A DNA stretch of 42,779 bases from Minisyncoccota bacterium (GTDB lineage Bacteria; Patescibacteriota; Minisyncoccia; Phycocordibacterales; UBA918): NCBI GenBank assembly GCA_021734905.1, contig JAIPIB010000007.1:1-42779 (forward strand), in the 5' to 3' direction. A program made the position numbers and the translations under genes. The notes beneath the pieces are model-generated. The model was not told the DNA's origin and did not search any database. It worked only from the letters and a program-made list of their open reading frames with translations. Below, one piece after another: positions 16,778 through 25,269 of the stretch (positions are counted from its first letter, which is position 1; each line of letters begins with the position of its first letter).

Positions 16778-18550
16778 TTATTCAGCTTTTTTGTCAAATG
16801 CCATTATCGCAAGAACATTCCGATGTTCAGATGCGTGAAAACCATTTTTAAATATCTTACTGGACTTTGAGTTGTATGTATCAACAATATAATTTGCATG
16901 CTTTGATACAGACAAGGCAACTTCTGATGCAATCATGTCCGTGTAGGTACTTTCATAATCAACGAGGGCTGCACAAACAACAAATTCACATTTTATATCA
17001 AGTGAAATCTCAGAAAAATGGTATTGCATATCAGTTTCTATTTCCTTAAGCATCTCAATATACACAGAACGATTCTCTGTTATTGTTCTCTTCTCATAAA
17101 AATGCGAAGCGCCAATAATAGCATGCGTATATAAATACGTACGCGCCTCAAGACTGTGTGTTGGTTCAGAGAGTGTATAGGTCTTCCCGATATCAAGAAT
17201 ATATTGAGGATTCACGGTTTTATTAAAGAAATGTTCGTAATGATAGAGAAAATTAACCGCATGTGTAGAGAGAGCAAAAATTGCCTCCTTATCATTGCAG
17301 AGTTCCTCGCGCGTTCTTTGTATATCTTCCGCATCAATAGCGCCAATAAGTGCCTCTACTGATTCTCCATAGATTGTCTTTAGGAAAAGCGCCTTAAAGA
17401 AAATACGATTGTATTTGTATACCTTGTAGTGTTTCTGATAACTACTCTGTCTGTATATTCTTCCACCACTCCTTGGTTTAGCTTGAAGAAGTGGTATTTT
17501 TTTTGCAAGTGTACAATACGACTGTATGTCAGGTAGCCATTTATACCGAAGGAGATCGAGTTCTTTCATATATGACTCATCTCTTGTCCATAAAAATAGA
17601 CGTGAGTAAAAATGAAATCGCTTATCTGGCTGCAAGTATCCAGCATTTTGCTCATAATAGTCACGAATATCCGATACTGAAAAGGTTTTTTTTCTGCTTG
17701 CAAGATACACGCATGTCTTTGCTACCATTTCACCAACATCTGCAGTCAGCGCATCACCAAAGATAATCCATTGTGGTGCAGTATTGATCTCCAAGAAATA
17801 TAAATCTTTAGTTTCAGCGTGTTGTATTAAGTCAACACCGCATACAGTCAGATCAAAGACATTGGCAATCGCCTCTGCCTTTTTAGCTAATTTTGCATAG
17901 AGCTGTGGATCACTTACCCGTTCGGATTTTCCTCCTTGTGAGAGGTTGTTGAGATACATCTTTGTCGATTGCTCTGTAGATTGACGTCTGACTACATCAA
18001 CTGCAATACCACCAACAACAAAGACGCGATAATCACACGTGTTCGGAATAAGGTTCTGGAATACATACGTAGAGATATTTTTGAGATTTTTTAGTTCCTC
18101 TTCTGCACTTATCAGTTCAATGCCATTCCCTTGAGAACCAAAATCTGGCTTTGCAATGATGGGGTATGTAAGTATGCCTTGCTCAATCAAATGAATGAGA
18201 GTGGATTCATCTGCAACTAAATATGAATCGATGCCCCGTATGTGTGGCGCCTTATACTTGATATATGACTGCTGGTATGACTTACTCGTGATGAGCGTAT
18301 TATTCATAAGCACATCATTTATTATTTTTGTCTGTGCCGCTGCTTGTAGCATTGCTGTGGAACGACCTACAGATTTCTTAAAGTCTTTAGTAACTCGTGA
18401 TGACCTCCAATACACAATGTCAGCATCTGTCAAAAATTTATTAGGGGTCTCGAGTTTGACCTGCTCACAATCAACACCCAGTGCATCCGCTTTTGTCATG
18501 ATATCTATGACTTCAGGACTCATTGATGTTGTAACAATAGAAATTTTCAT
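16778..18550 (-). CDS. RimK-like ATP-grasp ligase fused to a ~300-aa uncharacterised C-terminal domain
   Basis: YPIIAKPDFGSQGNGI, DYRVFVVGG, NLSQGG, YFLEINTAPQW in the N-terminal half; no motif recognised in the C-terminal half. Confidence 0.75.
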   Translation of the reverse strand: MKISIVTTSMSPEVIDIMTKADALGVDCEQVKLETPNKFLTDADIVYWRSSRVTKDFKKSVGRSTAMLQAAAQTKIINDVLMNNTLITSKSYQQSYIKYKAPHIRGIDSYLVADESTLIHLIEQGILTYPIIAKPDFGSQGNGIELISAEEELKNLKNISTYVFQNLIPNTCDYRVFVVGGIAVDVVRRQSTEQSTKMYLNNLSQGGKSERVSDPQLYAKLAKKAEAIANVFDLTVCGVDLIQHAETKDLYFLEINTAPQWIIFGDALTADVGEMVAKTCVYLASRKKTFSVSDIRDYYEQNAGYLQPDKRFHFYSRLFLWTRDESYMKELDLLRYKWLPDIQSYCTLAKKIPLLQAKPRSGGRIYRQSSYQKHYKVYKYNRIFFKALFLKTIYGESVEALIGAIDAEDIQRTREELCNDKEAIFALSTHAVNFLYHYEHFFNKTVNPQYILDIGKTYTLSEPTHSLEARTYLYTHAIIGASHFYEKRTITENRSVYIEMLKEIETDMQYHFSEISLDIKCEFVVCAALVDYESTYTDMIASEVALSVSKHANYIVDTYNSKSSKIFKNGFHASEHRNVLAIMAFDKKAE

Positions 18551-18712
18551 GAGTTAAACGTAGTTTGGTTACTGAAAACTGATTCTTACCTCTCGGCAAA
18601 CAATACACCCTAGATGATTTTATACCAAAAGTAAATTCTGATATTTTCTGTTTTTTACTTCATGACCTCAAAGTATTAACAAAAGTCGCTGAATATGAGT
18701 AAAAATTTAAAA

Positions 18713-19096
18713 TTAGTACGGAATTTGGCACTCTTCAAAACAATGAGCATCTCGATTAAGGGTATACACACGCTCTCTTCCCCTGTCCTCAACATCAACT
18801 GCACCTACCGATTTAAGTACGTTTAGATGGTGTGTAATTGTTGGCTGTTTTAACCCCAACTTATCGGTAAGATCGCCAACTGTCGTACCTTTCTTTATTT
18901 TCCCTAAAATACACACGAGTTTGTAACGACTCAGAACTCCCACAACCTTAAAACACTCAGGACAAAGTTCTTCATCAGATGCGACTGAGGGCTTCACCCA
19001 CGCTGGACGTTTGTATGTTTTTGTTTCTAAGTTTACCTGTTCTAGTTGTTTTTTGCTTTTTTCCACAGTTGTATTTATTAATGTATAGATAGTCAT
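18713..19096 (-). CDS. ArsR/SmtB-family winged-helix regulator with CxxC and CxxxC pairs
   Basis: LGLKQPTITHHLNVLKSVGAV..RGRERVYTLN HTH-wing; CPEC near the N-terminus of the domain and HCFEEC at the C-terminus. Confidence 0.8.
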   Translation of the reverse strand: MTIYTLINTTVEKSKKQLEQVNLETKTYKRPAWVKPSVASDEELCPECFKVVGVLSRYKLVCILGKIKKGTTVGDLTDKLGLKQPTITHHLNVLKSVGAVDVEDRGRERVYTLNRDAHCFEECQIPY

Positions 19097-19129
19097 CTAT
19101 ATAATGAGAACTATAGAGTTTCATCTATA
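19084..19129. promoter_or_regulatory. Two copies of palindrome TATAGA-N6-TCTATA in the divergent arsR-like/nrdD control region (putative operator)
   Basis: 19084-19101 and 19112-19129, centres 28 bp apart; the first overlaps the regulator start codon (19094-19096). Confidence 0.45.
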
Positions 19130-19170
19130 TTATCATTCATGTTGCACGAAGCAACACTTTTTATCTAACT

Positions 19171-21330
19171 ATGCCACATACAACTTCAGGAGCACATATT
19201 ACACACATCATTAAACGATCGGGGCGAAAAGTGCTCTACAGTAATGCCAAAATCAAACGTGCCATTGAAAAAGCTCTTCGTGCTACTGGTGAACATAAAA
19301 ATGGTGTTCCTGAAAAAGTCACCCGTGCAGTGGAATTCGATCTTGAGACTATTCTCAAAACTGACGCACAGTATGTGCCATCAGTTGAATCCGTCCAGGA
19401 CATGATTGAAAAAGAACTCATGAAAAATGGGTATCTTGAAACAGCAAAAGCCTACATCCTCTACCGCGAACAGCACGCACAAATTCGCCGAATGGTCCAA
19501 ACTGAGTCAATCGACCTTGTCGATCAGTACCTTGGCGTTGCGGACTGGCAAGTGAAAGAAAATAGCAACATGGCATTTTCTCTTCAAGGTCTCAATAACT
19601 ATATCGCGTCAGAGGTTAGTAAAAACTACTGGCTCAATAAAATATACCCTCCAGAAATTCGTGATGCACATCAAAGTGGTGACTTTCATATCCACGATCT
19701 TAATCTCCTTGCAGTTTACTGCGTTGGATGGGACCTTTATGATCTTCTCATGAGAGGATTTGGAGGTGTTCCAGGAAAGGTCCAGAGTAAGCCAGCAAAG
19801 CATCTCAAAACAGCTCTCGGGCAAGTTGTAAACTTTTTCTACACTCTTCAAGGAGAAGCCGCTGGTGCCCAAGCGTTTTCGAATGTTGATACGCTTCTTG
19901 CGCCATTCATATGGTATGACCATCTTTCATATGATGAAGTTAAGCAGACGCTTCAAGAATTTGTCTTCAATGTAAACATTCCCACTCGAGTTGGCTTCCA
20001 AACACCTTTTACCAATATTACCCTCGACTTAACTGTTCCAAAGCACTACGAAAAAATGCGAGTGATTGTTGGTGGAAAAGAGATGAAAGAGACATACGGA
20101 GACTTCAAGAAAGAGATGGATATGTTCAATAGAGCGTTCCTTGAAGTTATGAGCGAAGGAGATGCTTCTGGTCGCGTATTCACATTCCCTATTCCTACTT
20201 ACAATATAACTAAAGATTTTGACTGGGATAATGAGAATATATCAGCACTTTGGGAATCTGCTGCAAAATATGGTATTCCATATTTCTCAAACTTTGTAAA
20301 CTCCGACATGAGTCCAGATGATGCACGTTCAATGTGCTGCCGACTTCGTATCGACAATCGTGAACTGCAAAAGCGAGGTGGAGGACTCTTTGGAGCGAAC
20401 CCACTCACTGGATCAATTGGTGTGGTAACAGTAAATCTTCCTCGTCTTGGAAAAACGTCCAAAACAAAGGCTTCCTTTCTTAAGAACCTTGGAGAACTTA
20501 TGGATAACGCCCGTGATAGTCTCGAAATAAAGCGAAAAGTACTCGAGTCGATGACTGACAAAAACCTCTATCCATATACAAAATATTATCTCGAAAGCAT
20601 CAGAACAGCATTCGGCTCATACTGGAAGAATCACTTCTCTACTATCGGTCTTGTGGGTATGAATGAAGCGATTGCAAACCTACTCGGGACTGACATTACA
20701 TCACCAGAAGGTTCTAAATTTGCGGAAGATGTACTCGACTTCATGCGTACCCGTATAGCAGATTACCAAGAAGCGACGGGTAATAACTATAACCTTGAAG
20801 CAACACCTGCTGAAGGGACTTCATACCGCCTTGCCTTACTCGATCAAAAGCACTTCGATGGTATGATTTTTGCTAATGGAGTTGGTGAAGACACTGTGGA
20901 TCCCTACTATACAAATTCGACACATCTACCCGTACAGCATACTGATGATGTTTTTGAAATTCTTGAACTTCAGGATAATCTTCAAGCAAAATACACAGGC
21001 GGTACAGTTATTCATTTCTTCATTGGTGAGAGGATCCGCGATACAACAGCGGTAAAATCACTCGTGAAAAAAATCTGTACTGAATACCATCTCCCCTATT
21101 TCACTATCACACCAACATTTAGTGTCTGCATGACTCACGGATACCTACACGGAGAAGTCTTCAAATGTCCAACGTGTGATAGTGACTGTGAGGTGTACAC
21201 ACGGATAGTCGGGTATCTTCGTCCAGTTGAACAGTGGAATAAAGGTAAGAGAGCTGAATACGGAAATAGAAAACATGTTCAACCTGACGCTTTGGCGCTA
21301 CAGACAAAAATCGAGCAAATAACAACGTAA
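19171..21330 (+). CDS. nrdD: Anaerobic ribonucleoside-triphosphate reductase with N-terminal ATP-cone
   Basis: ATP-cone at the N-terminus, C-terminal Cys cluster (CPTC) and glycyl-radical motif RIVGYLRPV. Confidence 0.95.
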   Translation: MPHTTSGAHITHIIKRSGRKVLYSNAKIKRAIEKALRATGEHKNGVPEKVTRAVEFDLETILKTDAQYVPSVESVQDMIEKELMKNGYLETAKAYILYREQHAQIRRMVQTESIDLVDQYLGVADWQVKENSNMAFSLQGLNNYIASEVSKNYWLNKIYPPEIRDAHQSGDFHIHDLNLLAVYCVGWDLYDLLMRGFGGVPGKVQSKPAKHLKTALGQVVNFFYTLQGEAAGAQAFSNVDTLLAPFIWYDHLSYDEVKQTLQEFVFNVNIPTRVGFQTPFTNITLDLTVPKHYEKMRVIVGGKEMKETYGDFKKEMDMFNRAFLEVMSEGDASGRVFTFPIPTYNITKDFDWDNENISALWESAAKYGIPYFSNFVNSDMSPDDARSMCCRLRIDNRELQKRGGGLFGANPLTGSIGVVTVNLPRLGKTSKTKASFLKNLGELMDNARDSLEIKRKVLESMTDKNLYPYTKYYLESIRTAFGSYWKNHFSTIGLVGMNEAIANLLGTDITSPEGSKFAEDVLDFMRTRIADYQEATGNNYNLEATPAEGTSYRLALLDQKHFDGMIFANGVGEDTVDPYYTNSTHLPVQHTDDVFEILELQDNLQAKYTGGTVIHFFIGERIRDTTAVKSLVKKICTEYHLPYFTITPTFSVCMTHGYLHGEVFKCPTCDSDCEVYTRIVGYLRPVEQWNKGKRAEYGNRKHVQPDALALQTKIEQITT

Positions 21331-21336
21331 GCAAGT

Positions 21337-22020
21337 ATGCGAATAGGTGGACTCCAAAAAAACTCCCTCATTGATTATCCTGGGAAGATATCTGCCATCG
21401 TCTTTACTATAGGATGTAATTTTCACTGTCCTTATTGCCATAACCCCGAACTTGTCGACGAAACAGCCGATGAAATTTCTGCCGAGGGTGTTCTTGCTTT
21501 CCTTAAAAAAAGAGTGGGTCTTCTTGAAGCAGTAACTATTACTGGAGGAGAGCCTACTGTACAAACTGATTTGATCCCTTTTATCAAAAAGATAAAAGAA
21601 ATGGGCTTTTTGGTTAAACTAGATACGAACGGAACAAACCCTGAGATTGTTGAACAGCTACTTCATGCAGCGCTCGTTGACTACATAGCAATGGATATCA
21701 AATCCCCACTGGATTCCTATAGCGCGGCCGTAGGACGACCTGTCCCTATTGAGAAAGTCAAAAAAAGTATTGCCCTTATGATGAGAAACTCTGTACCATA
21801 TGAATTCAGGACAACTGTGGTAAAATCTCTTCTCTCTCCAGACGATATTATTCGTATTGGAGAAGTTATTAAAGGCGCCAAAACATACTATCTTCAAAAA
21901 TTTGTCCCAACAAAGACACTCAATCCAGCATTTCTTAAAAAGACGACGTATACAGACAGTGAATTTGAGGATATGAAGAATAGTTTGTCTGCATATGTAG
22001 ACAAATGCTATGTCAGATAA
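21337..22020 (+). CDS. nrdG: Anaerobic RNR activating radical-SAM protein
   Basis: CNFHCPYCHN CxxxCxxC motif, ITGGEP; 6 nt after nrdD. Confidence 0.9.
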   Translation: MRIGGLQKNSLIDYPGKISAIVFTIGCNFHCPYCHNPELVDETADEISAEGVLAFLKKRVGLLEAVTITGGEPTVQTDLIPFIKKIKEMGFLVKLDTNGTNPEIVEQLLHAALVDYIAMDIKSPLDSYSAAVGRPVPIEKVKKSIALMMRNSVPYEFRTTVVKSLLSPDDIIRIGEVIKGAKTYYLQKFVPTKTLNPAFLKKTTYTDSEFEDMKNSLSAYVDKCYVR

Positions 22021-23212
22021 CCTACCTATACCTACTAAGACAATATATCTTGATCATGCTGCGGCAACACCAGTCCGTCGTGAAGTAATTGATGTAATGC
22101 TCCCCTACTTCCAAACAATATACGGAAACCCGTCCTCTATACACCACGAAGGACGAAGAGCACTGGACACACTCACAAACGTTCGAGAGCAAGTTGCTGG
22201 CGTGCTTAATGTGATTCCATCAGAAATTATTTTTACCAGCTCAGGGACTGAAGCAAACAATCTGGCTATTTTTGGTATTGCGGAAGCCTACAGTTTTCAA
22301 GGAAAACACATTCTTATTTCTTCTATCGAGCACCCATCAGTACTGAGCGCAGGTGAGCAACTGGCAGAAAATGGTTTTGATGTTGAGTATATACCAGTGG
22401 ACACCTTTGGACGCATCGATGTTTTAGATACAATTTCACGTGTTCGCGATGACACAATCCTCATCTCTGTCATGCTGGCAAATAATGAAATAGGCACTGT
22501 GCAACCAATTTCTTCTCTCTCGCAAAAACTACGAGAATCTTTCCAAGAAAAAAACAGACCACTTCTCCATACCGATGCATGTCAGGCAACTGGACAACTC
22601 AACGTCTCCCCACACGACCTTGGTGTCGACCTCATGACTCTCAACAGCTCAAAAATTTACGGACCGAAAGGTGTTGGCATGTTATATTTACGCAGCGGTA
22701 CTTCTCTTACGCCACTCATTGTCGGTGGTGTCCAAGAATTAGGAAAACGAGCAGGGACAGAAAATCTCCCGGCACTTGTTGGATTTGCACAAGCACTCAG
22801 TCTTGCAATTAAAGAACGAGAGGGTACGTCTCTTTCATTTACAAAACTCAGAGATGGTTTCATAAAAGCATTGCAAAAAGAAATACCCGATGTACATATA
22901 AATGGACACCTTACAGAACGTCTTCCAAACAACATCCACATTTCTTTGCCATACATCGAAGGAGAGTCACTCGTTCTTCTTCTCGATACATACGGTATCT
23001 GCGCCTCAACAGGTTCTGCATGCAGCTCACACAGTCTTTCTCCCTCTCACGTACTTCGCGCCATAGGGCAACCAAATGAGATTATCCATGGAAGTCTGCG
23101 GTTTAGTATTGGAAATAAAACAACAGCTGATGACCTTACCCACACGACTCACTCCCTTGCTGTTTGTGCAGATCGACTCCGTAAAATATCCCCACTACCA
23201 TTACATATATGA
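22010..23212 (+). CDS. iscS: Cysteine desulfurase (NifS/IscS type, class V aminotransferase)
   Basis: HTDACQA, SSKIYGPKGVG (PLP Lys), STGSACSS (active Cys loop). Confidence 0.9.
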   Translation: MSDNLPIPTKTIYLDHAAATPVRREVIDVMLPYFQTIYGNPSSIHHEGRRALDTLTNVREQVAGVLNVIPSEIIFTSSGTEANNLAIFGIAEAYSFQGKHILISSIEHPSVLSAGEQLAENGFDVEYIPVDTFGRIDVLDTISRVRDDTILISVMLANNEIGTVQPISSLSQKLRESFQEKNRPLLHTDACQATGQLNVSPHDLGVDLMTLNSSKIYGPKGVGMLYLRSGTSLTPLIVGGVQELGKRAGTENLPALVGFAQALSLAIKEREGTSLSFTKLRDGFIKALQKEIPDVHINGHLTERLPNNIHISLPYIEGESLVLLLDTYGICASTGSACSSHSLSPSHVLRAIGQPNEIIHGSLRFSIGNKTTADDLTHTTHSLAVCADRLRKISPLPLHI

Positions 23213-23673
23213 AAGAGAATGATCACACAACACCAGATGTAACTTCATGCAGCGGCACCGCTTCGTGGCTTTACAATGACATAGTAAAAGATCATTTTTT
23301 TAATCCGAGGAATATTCTCATTGACGATGCTTCCCATGAAAGCGATGGAGTTGGAGTTGTTGGGAGTCCTGCCTGTGGCGATATGATGGTTGTATGGATT
23401 ACTGTTGACGAATCAACAAAAACTATTATCGACTGTAAGTGGCGGACCTTTGGCTGTGCCTCAGCTATTGCTTCCACATCAATGATGTCTCTCATGGTTA
23501 CTGAGAATGGTGGAATGACATTGCATGAAGCAAAACATCTTACACCTGAAGCAATTCTTGAGCGCCTTGGTGGTCTACCAGATCGAAAATACCACTGCTC
23601 TGTACTCGGGCACCACGCTCTCAGAGAGGCAGTCTTAGATTTTGAAAAAAATTTATCACAAGAAACAGTATGA
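23209..23673 (+). CDS. iscU: IscU/NifU-N-type Fe-S scaffold
   Basis: Three scaffold Cys in GSPACGDMM, FGCASAIAS, KYHCSVLG; 4-nt overlap with iscS. Confidence 0.9.
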   Translation: MKENDHTTPDVTSCSGTASWLYNDIVKDHFFNPRNILIDDASHESDGVGVVGSPACGDMMVVWITVDESTKTIIDCKWRTFGCASAIASTSMMSLMVTENGGMTLHEAKHLTPEAILERLGGLPDRKYHCSVLGHHALREAVLDFEKNLSQETV

Positions 23674-24383
23674 ACGAAACATGCCCCACAACATACACAT
23701 GGTCAATTATAGACGTTATCGACGAAGCTCCTCGAGTACGTTCTCTTATTCTTAAAGCAAGAGACACACGTCCAGATTTTATATCAGGCCAATACCTTAC
23801 AGTTCTCCTCTCTGGGTATGAACCAGCAGAGGGAAAATCCTATAGCATTTCAAGTAGTGGAGACGAACTACTTGTACGACTCACGATTAAAGAAATGGGG
23901 GCATTCTCTAAAGCACTCTATGCTCACAACAAAGGTGACACACTCACCACAAGTGCACCATACGGTTTTTTCTATCCAGAACAAACGAGCAATCACGATC
24001 TCGTTTTTATAGCTGGAGGAATTGGTATAACACCAAACATAAGCATCATCAAAAAATTATGTTCTGGAGAGTACCCTAAAAAGATCACACTTTTCTATTC
24101 AAACAAAACCATCGCTGACATAATCTTTAAAGAAGAACTTGATGTCTTGCAAAAAAAATATCCTCTCTTTAATGTCATTCATCACATCACACAAGAGGAG
24201 GATGCACCACCACCTTTCGTAAAAGGACGCATGACTGGTGTCTCAATCTTAAAAAATATTTCTGACATTCAAAAAACCGAACTCTTCATCTGCGGCTCAA
24301 TCGACTTTACCAAAAATCTTTGGAGAGAACTTCGTGAGGAAGGAATACCGAATACACAACTTTATACTGAAGGATTTTTTTAA
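23670..24383 (+). CDS. FNR-fold FAD/NAD(P)-binding oxidoreductase (PyrK/ferredoxin-reductase-like, no Fe-S domain)
   Basis: GKSYSISS (RxYS-type FAD motif), FIAGGIGITP (NAD motif), C-terminal ICGS; 4-nt overlap with iscU. Confidence 0.8.
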   Translation: MNETCPTTYTWSIIDVIDEAPRVRSLILKARDTRPDFISGQYLTVLLSGYEPAEGKSYSISSSGDELLVRLTIKEMGAFSKALYAHNKGDTLTTSAPYGFFYPEQTSNHDLVFIAGGIGITPNISIIKKLCSGEYPKKITLFYSNKTIADIIFKEELDVLQKKYPLFNVIHHITQEEDAPPPFVKGRMTGVSILKNISDIQKTELFICGSIDFTKNLWRELREEGIPNTQLYTEGFF

Positions 24384-24392
24384 ATAAAAAAG

Positions 24393-24416
24393 AGGGTACC
24401 TCCGAAGAGATACCCT
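24393..24416. terminator. Bidirectional terminator hairpin between convergent genes
   Basis: AGGGTA-C-CTC-CGAA-GAG-A-TACCCT; the minus-strand side is followed by CTTTTTT. Confidence 0.6.
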
Positions 24417-24436
24417 ATTGCTTTTCGTTTCGCCGA

Positions 24437-24676
24437 TTACTGCTGTGCGGGCGGTGGTGTTTTCTGTTCATCCTTCCTCAAAAGAAAGGCCGGACCTCTG
24501 TTTCCTTCTGGCCAAACAAGCATTGCATCACCGATGCAATAGCTATTCGACATATTGGGAATACCTCGATGCACCGTTCGTTGTTCAAAAGGAATACCTG
24601 ATGGACTGATTTTCATCTGAGCACCATTAACCTTTACTTCCACCCATTTCGGTGCCGGGACAAGCGTTTTACCCAT
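24437..24676 (-). CDS. Small hypothetical protein (79 aa), paralog A of the G+C-rich islet
   Basis: SD GGAG 6-7 nt upstream of ATG at 24676. It has its own promoter-like element, leader and terminator, and shares VxVNG and RGIP motifs with 24862-25197. Confidence 0.65.
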   Translation of the reverse strand: MGKTLVPAPKWVEVKVNGAQMKISPSGIPFEQRTVHRGIPNMSNSYCIGDAMLVWPEGNRGPAFLLRKDEQKTPPPAQQ

Positions 24677-24699
24677 TAAGTTCTCCAATTTGAAGTTTA

Positions 24700-24725
24700 A
24701 GAACATCGGCTTACCTGAGCCGAAG
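24700..24725 (-). promoter_or_regulatory. Conserved 26-nt 5' leader with 6-bp stem / CAGGUA loop (copy 1)
   Basis: AGAACATCGGCTTACCTGAGCCGAAG is identical to 25240-25265. The minus-strand RNA CUUCGGCU-CAGGUA-AGCCGAUGUUCU begins 4-5 nt after the -10 element. Confidence 0.6.
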
Positions 24726-24730
24726 GTGTC

Positions 24731-24758
24731 ATCCTACCGTAATAAACATACTTGTCAA
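24731..24758 (-). promoter_or_regulatory. Putative sigma70-type promoter of paralog A
   Basis: Minus strand TTGACA (24753-24758) - 16 nt - TAGGAT (24731-24736). Confidence 0.5.
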
Positions 24759-24798
24759 GACATACCTACAATTTCACTCATAATGTAAGCCATAAAAT

Positions 24799-24831
24799 AA
24801 AAAACGGGCAACCTTTTGGAGGGGTTGCCCG
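24799..24831 (-). terminator. Intrinsic terminator of paralog B
   Basis: CGGGCAACC (24805-24813) / GGTTGCCCG (24823-24831), 9-bp GC-rich stem; minus strand followed by TTTTTT. Confidence 0.8.
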
Positions 24832-24861
24832 CTGTTGTGGATATCGGCCGAAGCCGGTTAG

Positions 24862-25197
24862 TCAGGAGGTCGTGATCTCGGTACCAGCCTTGAGCTGGAC
24901 CGTGTGCCCTTCGGATTCCAAGAAGGTCTTGGCAAAGACACGGAGCTCATCCTTGGTGCCGGCCATCATCCCCGACTTGCCGTTCAACAAGATCATCGAC
25001 TCGCCCTGCGGAATGCCGCGAATGCTTTTGACCTCGCGGCCGTCGACAGTTCCATGGTAATCGGTGAATTTCGCGCCATGGAGGCTCTGTGCCGAAATTG
25101 CAGTCTTGTGGCCATTTCCATTGACGTCAACGTTGACATGAGTCGCGGCGATGCGACGATTACCTTGGCCGGATCTGGCGTTATTTCTGGTTTGCAT
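24862..25197 (-). CDS. Small hypothetical protein (111 aa), paralog B of the G+C-rich islet
   Basis: SD AGGAG 8 nt upstream of the ATG; own promoter-like element, leader and terminator. A hand count of line 24901-24960 gives 34/60 G+C, versus 18/60 in line 27001-27060. Confidence 0.7.
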   Translation of the reverse strand: MQTRNNARSGQGNRRIAATHVNVDVNGNGHKTAISAQSLHGAKFTDYHGTVDGREVKSIRGIPQGESMILLNGKSGMMAGTKDELRVFAKTFLESEGHTVQLKAGTEITTS

Positions 25198-25239
25198 CGG
25201 TGATTCTCCTGTTTGATTTTTGATTTGGGCGGATGCCCG

Positions 25240-25265
25240 AGAACATCGGCTTACCTGAGCCGAAG
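25240..25265 (-). promoter_or_regulatory. Conserved 26-nt 5' leader hairpin (copy 2)
   Basis: Identical to 24700-24725. Confidence 0.6.
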
Positions 25266-25269
25266 CACT

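Noticed and set aside
14955-18550. The RimK-like ligase might add Glu tails to the 124-aa protein ending in ...QADE, by analogy with RimK and ribosomal protein S6
   Set aside because: The 124-aa protein has an N-terminal membrane anchor or signal, so its C-terminus is probably outside the cell. The ATP-grasp enzymes are cytoplasmic. There is no further support.
19084-19129. Considered the twin palindromes to be NrdR boxes
   Set aside because: From memory, NrdR boxes are 16-bp palindromes with an ACAC...GTGT-like frame spaced about 31-32 bp apart. These are TATAGA-N6-TCTATA, 28 bp apart, and the adjacent regulator is ArsR-type, not NrdR. I kept them as a putative ArsR-type operator.
24700-24725. 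The leader loop CAGGTAAG resembles a eukaryotic 5' splice-site consensus
   Set aside because: The context is bacterial, with sigma70-like promoters, SD sites and intrinsic terminators. The resemblance is an 8-mer coincidence inside a hairpin.
24752-25203. Plus-strand ORFs 24752-25060 and 24904-25203 in the G+C-rich islet
   Set aside because: These are antisense shadows typical of G+C-rich coding DNA. Promoters, SD sites, leaders and T-run terminators are all oriented for the minus-strand genes.
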